The notes beneath the pieces are model-generated. The model did no database searches, had not been told where the DNA came from, and saw only the letters and a program-made list of their open reading frames with translations. The position numbers were made by a program, and so were the translations under genes. A DNA stretch of 64,000 nt. Origin: Oceanispirochaeta sp. Its GTDB lineage: Bacteria; Spirochaetota; Spirochaetia; DSM-2461. Every line of letters begins with the position of its first letter. Within the stretch, counting starts at the first letter, position 1. Positions 29,683-38,272 of the stretch are shown here, piece by piece. Location: contig CAXXOA010000002.1 of NCBI GenBank assembly GCA_963666275.2, positions 1,856,001-1,920,000 on the forward strand, read 5' to 3'.

Positions 29683-30450
29683 TTGGAAACACTGCTGGAA
29701 CTGAAAGATATCAGTGTCGACTTCCCGACAAAAAAAGGACTCCTTTCCGCTGTCAGCGATATTTCCATGACAGTGGAAAAGGGGGATTTTATTACCATTG
29801 TCGGGCCTTCGGGCTGCGGGAAATCAACCCTTCTCAATGTGATCGGAGGGTTCCTGCCCCCCACAGGGGGAGCCATTTCCGATAGAGAGGGGCCTGTGAC
29901 GGGGCCCAGCAGAAGCCGGGGGGTCGTTTTTCAGAAGCCCGCGCTCTATCCCTGGCTCAATATAGAGCAGAATGTAGCCTTCGGCCTGAAGGTGAACGGC
30001 ACAGGCAGAAAGGAAAGAAAAAAGATCGCCCTGGAAAATCTGGAACGGGTCAAACTTTCGGATTTTGCCCATATGCACTGCTATGAACTTTCCGGGGGGA
30101 TGCGCCAGAGGGTGGCTATCGCCAGAATCCTGGCCAATGATCCCGAGATTCTCCTGATGGATGAGCCCTTCGGGGCTCTGGATGTGCTCACCCGGGAGCA
30201 TATGCAGGAGGAACTTCTTAAGATATGGCGGGATACGGGTAAGACTGTTATTCTGATTACCCACAGTGTGGAAGAAGCGATTTATCTCTCTACAGAGGTC
30301 TACGTCATGTCTTCTCTTCCCGGCAGAATCATTAAAAAGGTGAAAACCCCTTTCAGTCGGGACTATAGTCATCTGGACAGCCGGAAGATCAAGTCACTTC
30401 CCGAGTTTGTCGCATTGAGGGAAGAAGTCCTCAGTTACATCTGGTTCTAG
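29683..30450 (+). CDS. tauB: Taurine/sulfonate ABC ATP-binding protein
   Basis: GPSGCGKS, RGVVFQ..ALYPWL, LSGGMRQR, TREHMQEELL, ITHSVEEA. Confidence 0.8.
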   Translation: METLLELKDISVDFPTKKGLLSAVSDISMTVEKGDFITIVGPSGCGKSTLLNVIGGFLPPTGGAISDREGPVTGPSRSRGVVFQKPALYPWLNIEQNVAFGLKVNGTGRKERKKIALENLERVKLSDFAHMHCYELSGGMRQRVAIARILANDPEILLMDEPFGALDVLTREHMQEELLKIWRDTGKTVILITHSVEEAIYLSTEVYVMSSLPGRIIKKVKTPFSRDYSHLDSRKIKSLPEFVALREEVLSYIWF

Positions 30451-31574
30451 GTTTCTCCGCCGTTTCCCTGATTTATCTCACTTCCACTGAAAAGGCCTCT
30501 CTGATAACCTTGAAGATCCGAAACAACCTTGTTCTTTCCGGAATTCTTTCCGATATAAAGGTTTTTATCCGCTCGGGAGATAGCGGCATCGGTGGTCTCC
30601 GAATCCTTTAAATCCGTATATCCCACTGTGATACTAAGATGGATCTGATTGCCCTCCCAGAGGAAAGGGGTATCCTGAACAGATCTTCTGATCCTTTCAA
30701 AAGTTCTCTCGGCTGATTCCGGATCATTGGTCATCAGTATAATAAGAAATTCCTCTCCACCCCAGCGGCCTACATGATCTCCCTGACGAAGGCTCTTCTG
30801 TAAATGACCGGCTATGAGTTTCAGAGCTTCATCCCCGCAGTTATGGCCGTAGGTATCGTTGACACTCTTAAAGTTATCCACATCCAGCAGTCCCAGTAAA
30901 AGACACTGCCCTGTTTTGCGGGCTTTTTCATACGACTGGGGTATGAGCTTCTGAATGGCATTTCTGTTGGCCAGTCCGGTCAGGGTATCTGTGTGGGCAA
31001 TATGGAAGATTTCATCGTGATATTCGGATATCTCTTTCTGTTTTGTCAGGAGGTCCGATGTAAAACGCCAGAGGCTTATAATTATAATGAAAAAGGCTAC
31101 AAGAAGATTGAAGTTGAAAAGGATGTTCAGGCCCCTCGGATTCAGAAGGAAGAACGGGGTATAGCTGTCGAAATAGATCAGGACAAAGAAGAAAAGCCCC
31201 AGAGTCGATACTCCCAGGACAGTGAGTATTCCTTTATTCAGCCGGGGACTCGCAGAAAGAAGGGTGCACATGGTCAGAAGGTAGTACTGAGTTCCCGATT
31301 CCAGCCCGAAATTGATGATGCCCACAAAAACATCCGCTATGAGAAAGACCACAGCGATAAGAAATGCCGGATAGGTTCCTCCCCGCCTGGCAATTCTGTA
31401 TACAAGCAGGAATCCCAGCATAAGAATGAAGTACTCTGCCAGAACTGCTGCGGAAAGGGTCATTGCATATAAATATAATCCGAGGATTATTTTGATAAAA
31501 AATATATTCAGGTAGATGGTCTTCTGATAGTTCAGAATGGGAATCATCGTGGGGTCTATTTTTTTTGTTATCAT
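30447..31574 (-). CDS. Membrane-anchored diguanylate cyclase
   Basis: About 6 TM; TDTLTGLANR, DVDNFK.VND.YGH, RQGD I-site, GGEEF. Confidence 0.93.
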   Translation of the reverse strand: MITKKIDPTMIPILNYQKTIYLNIFFIKIILGLYLYAMTLSAAVLAEYFILMLGFLLVYRIARRGGTYPAFLIAVVFLIADVFVGIINFGLESGTQYYLLTMCTLLSASPRLNKGILTVLGVSTLGLFFFVLIYFDSYTPFFLLNPRGLNILFNFNLLVAFFIIIISLWRFTSDLLTKQKEISEYHDEIFHIAHTDTLTGLANRNAIQKLIPQSYEKARKTGQCLLLGLLDVDNFKSVNDTYGHNCGDEALKLIAGHLQKSLRQGDHVGRWGGEEFLIILMTNDPESAERTFERIRRSVQDTPFLWEGNQIHLSITVGYTDLKDSETTDAAISRADKNLYIGKNSGKNKVVSDLQGYQRGLFSGSEINQGNGGET

Positions 31575-31688
31575 GCTTCTCCTATTGTACACGAAAATCA
31601 GAAACATTTCATGCCCTAAAAGAGGATGCGGCTCTTTTCACTTCATCCTGAAAGGACATTTTTTGTCGATAAATCCGGAAAATAAAGC

Positions 31689-31721
31689 TTTACAAAATAC
31701 ATAAGTCCTATTATCATACAA
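31689..31721 (+). promoter_or_regulatory. Sigma70 promoter of the tal operon overlapped by a FadR-type operator
   Basis: TTTACA-17 nt-TATCAT; TTATCATACAA at 31711-31721 (reverse complement TTGTATGATAA). Confidence 0.65.
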
Positions 31722-31779
31722 TTAGACATTAAGAAGATTACTTTAACTATTTTACGATATTTTACCAGGAGTATAGAAG

Positions 31780-32853
31780 ATGAGCGAAATGAGTCCGATG
31801 AAGAAAACCGTCAATCTCTGCGACGTTGAAGTATGGAACGATTCCTGTTCCATTGAAGAGCTGAATTATGCCGTAAGCCACGGTGCTTCAGGTGCTACCA
31901 CAAACCCTGTGATCGTACTGAACGTATTGAAACAGGAAATGCATATTTGGAAAGACAGGATCCTTGAAATTATCAAAGAGATGCCTACAGCTTCCGAAGT
32001 GGACATCTCCTGGAAACTGATCGAAGAAATGGCAGTTAAGGGTGCTGGAATCCTGAAACCTGTTTTTGACGAAACAAAGGGGAAAAAAGGCCGGATCTCA
32101 ATTCAGACCAATGCTCAGCTCTACCGTGATGCGGAAGCTATGGCGGAACAGGCCATCGGTTTCAATAAACTGGCTGAAAATATGATGGTTAAAATGCCTA
32201 CAACCGCTGCTGGAATCAAGGCTTTTGAAGAAGCGACCTACCACGGTGTGAATATAAATGCCACTGTAAGTTTTACCTGCCCCCAGGCGGTTCAGGTGGC
32301 TGAAGCCGTTGAAAGAGGTCTGAAAAGAAGAGAAGCTGAAGGCAAGGATATCTCTCATATGACACCGGTCTGTACAATCATGGTGGGACGGACTGATGAC
32401 TGGCTGAAAATCGTTGCGGGCAAAGAGAAAAAAGTTCCCACTCCGGGTGTCCTTGACTGGGCCGGAGTGGCTGTTTTCAAGAATGCCTACAGAATTTATA
32501 AGGAAAAAGGCTATAGAACCAGACTGCTTTCCGCCGCCTACAGAAACCACCTGCACTGGTCACAGCTGATCGGTGACGACATTGTTCAGACCATCCCCAG
32601 CAAGTGGCAGAAACTGTTCAATGCCAGTGATATCGAACCGGAAATCACAATAGATAAACCTGTTGATCCTGCTATCCTGGCAGAGTTGAAAACCTATCCC
32701 GAGTTTATAAAAGCCTATGAGCCCGATGGTATGACACCGGAAGAGTTTGAAACATACGGAGCAACAGCAAGAACCCTGAGAGGTTTCCTTGCCGGTTATT
32801 CCGAACTTCTCAGTGTTGTCAGAGATCTGATGATCCCGAATCCTGATGCCTGA
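31780..32853 (+). CDS. Transaldolase-family protein (atypical active site)
   Basis: WNDS, GATTNP, Schiff-base VKMP, NATVSF, MVGR, AAYR. Confidence 0.9.
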   Translation: MSEMSPMKKTVNLCDVEVWNDSCSIEELNYAVSHGASGATTNPVIVLNVLKQEMHIWKDRILEIIKEMPTASEVDISWKLIEEMAVKGAGILKPVFDETKGKKGRISIQTNAQLYRDAEAMAEQAIGFNKLAENMMVKMPTTAAGIKAFEEATYHGVNINATVSFTCPQAVQVAEAVERGLKRREAEGKDISHMTPVCTIMVGRTDDWLKIVAGKEKKVPTPGVLDWAGVAVFKNAYRIYKEKGYRTRLLSAAYRNHLHWSQLIGDDIVQTIPSKWQKLFNASDIEPEITIDKPVDPAILAELKTYPEFIKAYEPDGMTPEEFETYGATARTLRGFLAGYSELLSVVRDLMIPNPDA

Positions 32854-32878
32854 TCAGCCTTCTGAATAAGCTGTCAGG

Positions 32879-32908
32879 GAGGTAAAATCGCAGGATTTTA
32901 CCTCCTTT
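32879..32908 (+). terminator. Intra-operon stem-loop (weak terminator or mRNA stabiliser)
   Basis: GAGGTAAAATC-GCAG-GATTTTACCTC followed by CTTT. Confidence 0.55.
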
Positions 32909-32959
32909 GGAATTTTGAATTATCTGAAAGTGAATTGTAAATGATTGAGGAGTACATAC

Positions 32960-34342
32960 ATGTCTGATTATGTTAAAGGCCTTGTAGAGAGAGCCAGAAA
33001 AGCCCAGGCGGAAATTGAATTTCTGTCCCAGGAAAAAGTAGATGAAATCTGTGAACATATAGCCTGGACAACAGTTCAGGAACCCTTTGTGACCGAACTG
33101 GCCAAACTGGCTGTGGAAGAGTCCAGGATGGGGCTTTTTGAAAGCAAACACGGCAAAATGATGAACAAAGTCCGGGCCGGCTGGTTCGATATGAAAGGCA
33201 AGAAATCCGCCGGTGTGATTGAAGAAGATCCCGCCCTGGGACTGATCAAAATCGCCAAACCCGTAGGGGTTATCGGAGCCATGGTTCCCACCACCAATAA
33301 CGAAGCCACACCTGTACTGAAATCCATGAGCGCCATCAAAGGCAGAAATGCCATTATCCTGGCTCCCCATCCCCGGTCCATCAAAACCAATGAGATGGTT
33401 GTCAACAAAATGCGGGCGGTTCTGAAAAAACTGGGATATCCGGAAGATCTGATCATCCATGTGGATCAGGTGACCATGGAAAACTCCCAGGAGATCATGA
33501 AACAGTGCGATCTGGTTCTGGCAACCGGAGGAGCGGGCCTTGTTAAAACCGCCTATTCCAGCGGAACCCCCGCCTACGGTGTAGGAGCGGGAAATGCCGT
33601 TACCATCGTGGATGATACTCAGGATATGAAAGTTGTTGCCGACAAAATCAGACGTTCAAAAACTTTCGACATGGCCACAAGCTGTTCTGCCGAAAACTCC
33701 TGCCTGGCTCAGGATACGATCTATGAGGAACTCTGCAGCGCTCTGGAAGCCGAAGGCGGTTTCAGGGTGAAAGAGGCGGATAAGGGGAAGATTGAAAAAG
33801 CCCTCTGGCCCGACGGTGAGCATCTGAACCGGGACATCGTGGCTCAGCCTGCGGCAACCATTGCGAAGATCGCCGGCATCGAAGTTCCCGAAGGAACCAA
33901 TTTCTTCTTTGTGGAAGAGAGCGGAATCGGCGAGGGATACCCTCTGAGCGGTGAAAAACTGTCTGTAGTGATGACCCTCTATAAATGGAGCGACTTTGAC
34001 AAGGCCGTTCAGATGGTCAACGATATTACCAACTACTCCGGTGCTGGTCACTCCTGCGGTATCCATACCGAAAAGAAAGAGAGAATCCTTCAGCTGGCTG
34101 AGCAGGTAAAAGTGTCCCGCGTTATGGTCAATCAGCCTCACTGTCTTGCCAACAGCGGTGCCTGGACAAACGGTATGCCTACCACTCTGACTTTGGGCTG
34201 CGGTTCCTGGGGTGGAAACATCTCCAGTGAAAATATCACCTGGAAGCATCTGATCAACACCACCTGGGTTTCTTCTCCCATTGCCAACAGGCAGCCTACA
34301 GACGAGGAGTTATTCAGTGAGAGCGTCAGAAAAAGTGAGTAG
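32960..34342 (+). CDS. CoA-acylating aldehyde dehydrogenase (SauS/AdhE-N/EutE-like)
   Basis: AKPVGVI...PTTN, APHPR, ATGG.GLVK.AYSSGTPAYGVGAGN, SKTFDMATSCSAENS, SGEKLS, GHSCGIH, TLGCGSWGGN.SSEN. Confidence 0.9.
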   Translation: MSDYVKGLVERARKAQAEIEFLSQEKVDEICEHIAWTTVQEPFVTELAKLAVEESRMGLFESKHGKMMNKVRAGWFDMKGKKSAGVIEEDPALGLIKIAKPVGVIGAMVPTTNNEATPVLKSMSAIKGRNAIILAPHPRSIKTNEMVVNKMRAVLKKLGYPEDLIIHVDQVTMENSQEIMKQCDLVLATGGAGLVKTAYSSGTPAYGVGAGNAVTIVDDTQDMKVVADKIRRSKTFDMATSCSAENSCLAQDTIYEELCSALEAEGGFRVKEADKGKIEKALWPDGEHLNRDIVAQPAATIAKIAGIEVPEGTNFFFVEESGIGEGYPLSGEKLSVVMTLYKWSDFDKAVQMVNDITNYSGAGHSCGIHTEKKERILQLAEQVKVSRVMVNQPHCLANSGAWTNGMPTTLTLGCGSWGGNISSENITWKHLINTTWVSSPIANRQPTDEELFSESVRKSE

Positions 34343-35960
34343 AAAAGAAGCTAAATCCAACCTGCCTGAAGAGCAGGGAGGAAAGGCTGAACAGGCCCGG
34401 GAAATTCCCCGGGCCCATAAAGAGAGTCTGGCCAATATGGTCCGAGCCAAAGAGACCATGCTGGCCGGCGGGGGAGAGTCCCGTCAGGCGAAACAGCGGG
34501 CCAAAGGGAAAAAGACGGCCCGGGAAAGGATCAATTTTCTGGTGGACAAGGGCAGTTTCGTAGAGAATCAGCCCTATATGAAAAGCCGGAATGAAGACTT
34601 CGGGATGGATAAGAAGAAGTTCTTCGGCGATGGCGTTATCACGGGCAGTGCTCAGCTGGACGGCAGACAGATATGGCTATCCTCGCAGGATTTTACCGTA
34701 CTGGGCGGATCCCTGGGGGAGGCTCATGCCGCCAAAATTGCCAAAGCCCAGATGGAAGCCATGAAAACCGGAAAGCCCTTCATCTCGATCAACGATTCCG
34801 GCGGAGCCAGGATCCAGGAGGGAGTGCTCTCTCTGGAAGGGTACGGAAGCATCTTCCGGGCCAATACTCTGGCTTCGGGTGTGATCCCCCAGATGTCCAT
34901 TATCATGGGCCCCTGTGCGGGAGGCGCGGCCTACTCGCCGGCTCTGACAGACTTTGTTTTTATGGTGGATAAAACCAGCCATATGTATATTACCGGTCCC
35001 GACGTTATTAAAGCCGTTACCGGTGAAAATGTGACTCACGAAGCGCTGGGCGGGGCAGAAGCCCACAACAGTAAAAGCGGTAATGCCCATTTCCGCTGTT
35101 CCTCCGAAGAAGAGTGTCTCCTCACTCTCAGGCAGCTGTTGTCCTACCTGCCTTCGTCCAACAGGGAAAAACCCCCTGTGGTGGAGTGTACGGATGATGC
35201 CGAAAGGATTACAGGAGAGATCCTGCATATCCTGCCGGATAAAACCAACAGGCCCTATGATATCCGTCAGGTGATTGATCTGCTTTTTGATCAGTACAGC
35301 TTCCTTGAGGTTCATAAGGAGTTCGCTCCCAGTATGGTCGTCGGCTTTGCCAGGCTGAACGGCAGATCCGTGGGAATCATCGGGAATCAGCCCATGGTTT
35401 TTGCCGGTTCCCTGGACAAGGACTCCTCCGACAAGGCCGCGCGGTTCATCCGTTTCTGCGATTCCTTCGGCGTGCCTATAGTCTCTCTGGTGGATGTGCC
35501 CGGGTATATGCCAGGTACGGTTCAGGAGTACGGTGGAATTATCCGTCACGGAGCCAAGCTGCTCTATGCTATTGCGGAAGCCACGGTTCCCAAGGTGGCT
35601 CTGGTTCTCCGGAAAGCCTACGGAGGCGCCTATATCGGTATGGCCTCCAAAGCGCTGGGATATGACAGGGTTCTGGCCATGCCTATGGCAGAGATTGCTG
35701 TCATGGGAGCGGCGGGAGCGGCGAATATCATTTTCAGGAATGATATCAGTGCGGCCCGGGATCCCGAACTGATCCGGGAGATCAAGATCCATGAGTACCA
35801 GGAGAAGTTCATGAATCCCTATGCTGCGGCATCTCTGGGTATTGTGGACGATGTGGTGGATCCCGAATATATCCGGAGAGATCTGATCCGGTCTGTGGAA
35901 ATGCTCTCAGACAAGATGGAGGAACTCCCCCGCAAAAAACACGGGAATATTCCCCTGTAA
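34335..35960 (+). CDS. Acyl-CoA carboxyltransferase (PccB / methylmalonyl-CoA decarboxylase alpha-like)
   Basis: GK.TARERI, GDGVITG, QDFTVLGGSLG, DSGGARIQEG, GPCAGGAAYSPA, RKAYGGAY, KKHGNIPL; start uncertain (GTG overlapping the ALDH stop). Confidence 0.92.
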   Translation: MSRKEAKSNLPEEQGGKAEQAREIPRAHKESLANMVRAKETMLAGGGESRQAKQRAKGKKTARERINFLVDKGSFVENQPYMKSRNEDFGMDKKKFFGDGVITGSAQLDGRQIWLSSQDFTVLGGSLGEAHAAKIAKAQMEAMKTGKPFISINDSGGARIQEGVLSLEGYGSIFRANTLASGVIPQMSIIMGPCAGGAAYSPALTDFVFMVDKTSHMYITGPDVIKAVTGENVTHEALGGAEAHNSKSGNAHFRCSSEEECLLTLRQLLSYLPSSNREKPPVVECTDDAERITGEILHILPDKTNRPYDIRQVIDLLFDQYSFLEVHKEFAPSMVVGFARLNGRSVGIIGNQPMVFAGSLDKDSSDKAARFIRFCDSFGVPIVSLVDVPGYMPGTVQEYGGIIRHGAKLLYAIAEATVPKVALVLRKAYGGAYIGMASKALGYDRVLAMPMAEIAVMGAAGAANIIFRNDISAARDPELIREIKIHEYQEKFMNPYAAASLGIVDDVVDPEYIRRDLIRSVEMLSDKMEELPRKKHGNIPL

Positions 35961-36043
35961 ACGGTTTTACAGCCCCTGGAATCCGGGGGCTTTGAACACA
36001 CACAAATACTATTTAAAAAAGGTTTTAGAATTATTAGGTTTTA

Positions 36044-36096
36044 CCGGCACCAGCCCCCACTGCAGAGAGATCCTTCCGGGCTGGTGCCGGTTTTTT
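36044..36096 (+). terminator. Rho-independent terminator between the tal operon and the convergent fadR-like gene
   Basis: ACCGGCACCAGCCC...GGGCTGGTGCCGGT followed by a T-run. Confidence 0.75.
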
Positions 36097-36150
36097 GTCT
36101 TTCCGGGACCGGTTTGAAAGAAGGGCTTCTTTTGAATCTGTCAGAGAATC

Positions 36151-36867
36151 CTACTGTTTTCTGGGGATCTGAAGTCTGTTCTTGATATTCTCTATATGGG
36201 AGCTGAAGGTTTCTATGGACTGACTGACCTGTCCGCTCTTGATCGTATCTATTATGCTCTGATGCTCAAGGACAATCATTTCAGGGTTGGCATAGTCGCT
36301 CTGTGACTGATCGATCTCTTCCATCATGAAAGATCTCAGGGTTTTGTATATGGAGTAGAACAGGGTATTGCCTGTGCTTTTTACAATGATGTTGTGAAAA
36401 TTGTAATCCGCTTCTACCATATTGTCCCTCTGCCCGGCATCCAGGCTGAGTTTCATATGATTCACCTGTTCCTGCAGTTCCTTTATGATGGACGTCAGTT
36501 TTTCAGGATTGGCGATATACTGGTGAGTGAGGGTTATGATGCTCCATAACTCGATGGCACCCCTGGTTTCTATGAGTTCCTGCTGTTCATCCTTGCCAAG
36601 GAGGATCGACCATGAGAGAGCTTCCTGGGAAATGTTGGCCCTATCAGAGAGAAAGGTTCCTTTGGCTGCCTTTGATTCAAGAACACCCAGATAGTTGAAG
36701 ATCTTGATAGCCTCTCTGATGGAGGACCGGCCGATGCCGAATCTCTCGGCAAGTTCATTTTCAGTAGGGAGCTTGTCTCCGGGTTTGTATTTTCCCGAAG
36801 CAATAAGATCTTTTATGTGCTCCATTACCTGTTCAACAACTGTCTTTTGCTTGATCTTCTTCACCAT
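36151..36867 (-). CDS. GntR/FadR-family regulator with FCD domain
   Basis: KPGDKLPTENELAERFGIGRSSIREA...KGTF; AD..FH..I...TGN, EHQ.II; AGGAG RBS. Confidence 0.93.
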   Translation of the reverse strand: MVKKIKQKTVVEQVMEHIKDLIASGKYKPGDKLPTENELAERFGIGRSSIREAIKIFNYLGVLESKAAKGTFLSDRANISQEALSWSILLGKDEQQELIETRGAIELWSIITLTHQYIANPEKLTSIIKELQEQVNHMKLSLDAGQRDNMVEADYNFHNIIVKSTGNTLFYSIYKTLRSFMMEEIDQSQSDYANPEMIVLEHQSIIDTIKSGQVSQSIETFSSHIENIKNRLQIPRKQ

Positions 36868-36877
36868 CTGAAAACTC

Positions 36878-36894
36878 CTATTGTATGACAATAG
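36878..36894. promoter_or_regulatory. Perfect FadR-type palindrome just upstream of the fadR RBS
   Basis: CTATTGT-ATG-ACAATAG. Confidence 0.75.
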
Positions 36895-36983
36895 TACATT
36901 TTAGGGGATAGTGCAAGTGAAACCTCAGGAAATAGGGGTTGGTTTTTTTTAAAGTATCGATTTCTGAGAGCTTTCCGGAAAGA

Positions 36984-36997
36984 GACAAACGTTTCCG
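36984..36997. promoter_or_regulatory. LacI-type operator (auxiliary)
   Basis: Reverse complement CGGAAACGTTTGTC shares 12 nt with the site at 37189. Confidence 0.6.
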
Positions 36998-37148
36998 ATA
37001 ATAGAGAAAAATATATCGATAATTTATGCTTCTAATCAGCCCCGGTTCGGGGGTGAAAATTTAATTTCGTCAGATTGTATGATATAATATTAAAGATATA
37101 TATAGTATGTAATTAAACAATATTTGACTGATTGTTTAAAATTTTTTC

Positions 37149-37202
37149 TTGACAGATCTGAGAAACCGTTGTGATAATGTACACATACCGGAAACGTTTG
37201 CG
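37149..37202 (+). promoter_or_regulatory. Sigma70 promoter of the inositol ABC operon with a downstream LacI-type operator
   Basis: TTGACA-18 nt-GATAAT, then CGGAAACGTTTGCG at 37189-37202. Confidence 0.7.
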
Positions 37203-37269
37203 TAGATCCGGAAGGCACGGCAGAAAAAATTGAACTGCCGAACGCCAAAAAAGGTAGGAGGAATTATTT

Positions 37270-38208
37270 ATGAAAAAGCTCTTAACAGTTCTTTTGGGTA
37301 TCGGTTTAATTACCGGTGCTGTATTTGCAGAAGGACAGAAAGAAGCAGATGGTTTCAAGGTCGGATATGTATGTAACAATTTCAACGATACATTTCAGAC
37401 TTATGTAATGGATGCGGCTGAAGCGTATTACGATGGTGTTGCTGATGTTGAAATTATTCTGCAGGACTCTGTAGAGGATGTTATTCGTCAGCAGGATATG
37501 GTAAATACTCTGATTGCTCAGAAAGTGGATGCTCTGATTGTTGTTCCTGTAGATACGAGTGCAATGGAACCTATCGTTAGAGCTGCTGCTGAAGCAGACA
37601 TCCCCCTCTGTTTTGTAAACAGAAACCCCTATGCCGGAAAAGATCTTCCTGAAAATGTCTACTATGTTGGATCACAGGAAGTTATTGCCGGTCAGCAGCA
37701 GATGAATTACATGGGTGAACTTATGGGCGGAGAAGGCGGAGTTGCCATCCTGATGGGAAAACTGGACAACGAAGGTGCCCTGAAAAGAACTGAAGGTAAT
37801 GAATCTGTAATTGCAGAAAAATATCCTAACATCGACATCCTGGCAAAAGAAACCGGAAACTGGCAGCGTGACCAGGGAATGGTTCTTACCGAAAACTGGC
37901 TGACCGCTTACGGTGCAGACCTGAAAGGTATCCTGGCCAACAATGACGAAATGGCTCTCGGTGCTGTAGAAGCTCTGAAAGCTGCGGGAAGAGAAGATAT
38001 CTATGTAATGGGTGTTGATGCAATTCCCGATGCCAAAGAAGCCGTTGGCAGCGGTGAACTGGCTGCTACTGTTCTGCAGGATGCTGTAGGTCAGGGCGAA
38101 GGTGCTGCAAAACTGATTCATAGTGTATTGATGGGTGAAACAGTGGATTCCCTCGTTTGGGTACCCTTTGTACTGATAACACCTGAAAATCTTGCTGACT
38201 TCCAGTAA
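37270..38208 (+). CDS. Sugar ABC substrate-binding protein (RbsB-like, probably inositol)
   Basis: KVDALIVVPVDT, FVNR, YVGS, GNWQRD, ANNDEMALGA, GVDA, TVLQD; iol context. Confidence 0.88.
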   Translation: MKKLLTVLLGIGLITGAVFAEGQKEADGFKVGYVCNNFNDTFQTYVMDAAEAYYDGVADVEIILQDSVEDVIRQQDMVNTLIAQKVDALIVVPVDTSAMEPIVRAAAEADIPLCFVNRNPYAGKDLPENVYYVGSQEVIAGQQQMNYMGELMGGEGGVAILMGKLDNEGALKRTEGNESVIAEKYPNIDILAKETGNWQRDQGMVLTENWLTAYGADLKGILANNDEMALGAVEALKAAGREDIYVMGVDAIPDAKEAVGSGELAATVLQDAVGQGEGAAKLIHSVLMGETVDSLVWVPFVLITPENLADFQ

Positions 38209-38272
38209 GAGATAATTAAAAAGGGGAAAGGCTTTTCAGGAGTGTTTTCCCCTTTTTTTACGGGAGAGAATA

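Noticed and set aside
31780..32853. Sulfoglycolytic (sulfo-TAL) cluster
   Set aside because: No sulfoquinovosidase, SQ isomerase or sulfolactaldehyde dehydrogenase is recognisable in the window
27818..34342. Taurine-to-sulfoacetate pathway linking tauCAB to the SauS-like ALDH
   Set aside because: No taurine aminotransferase or SauT/SauU here, a GGDEF gene separates the loci, and the ALDH operon shares an operator with the iol genes. Kept only as an alternative to test
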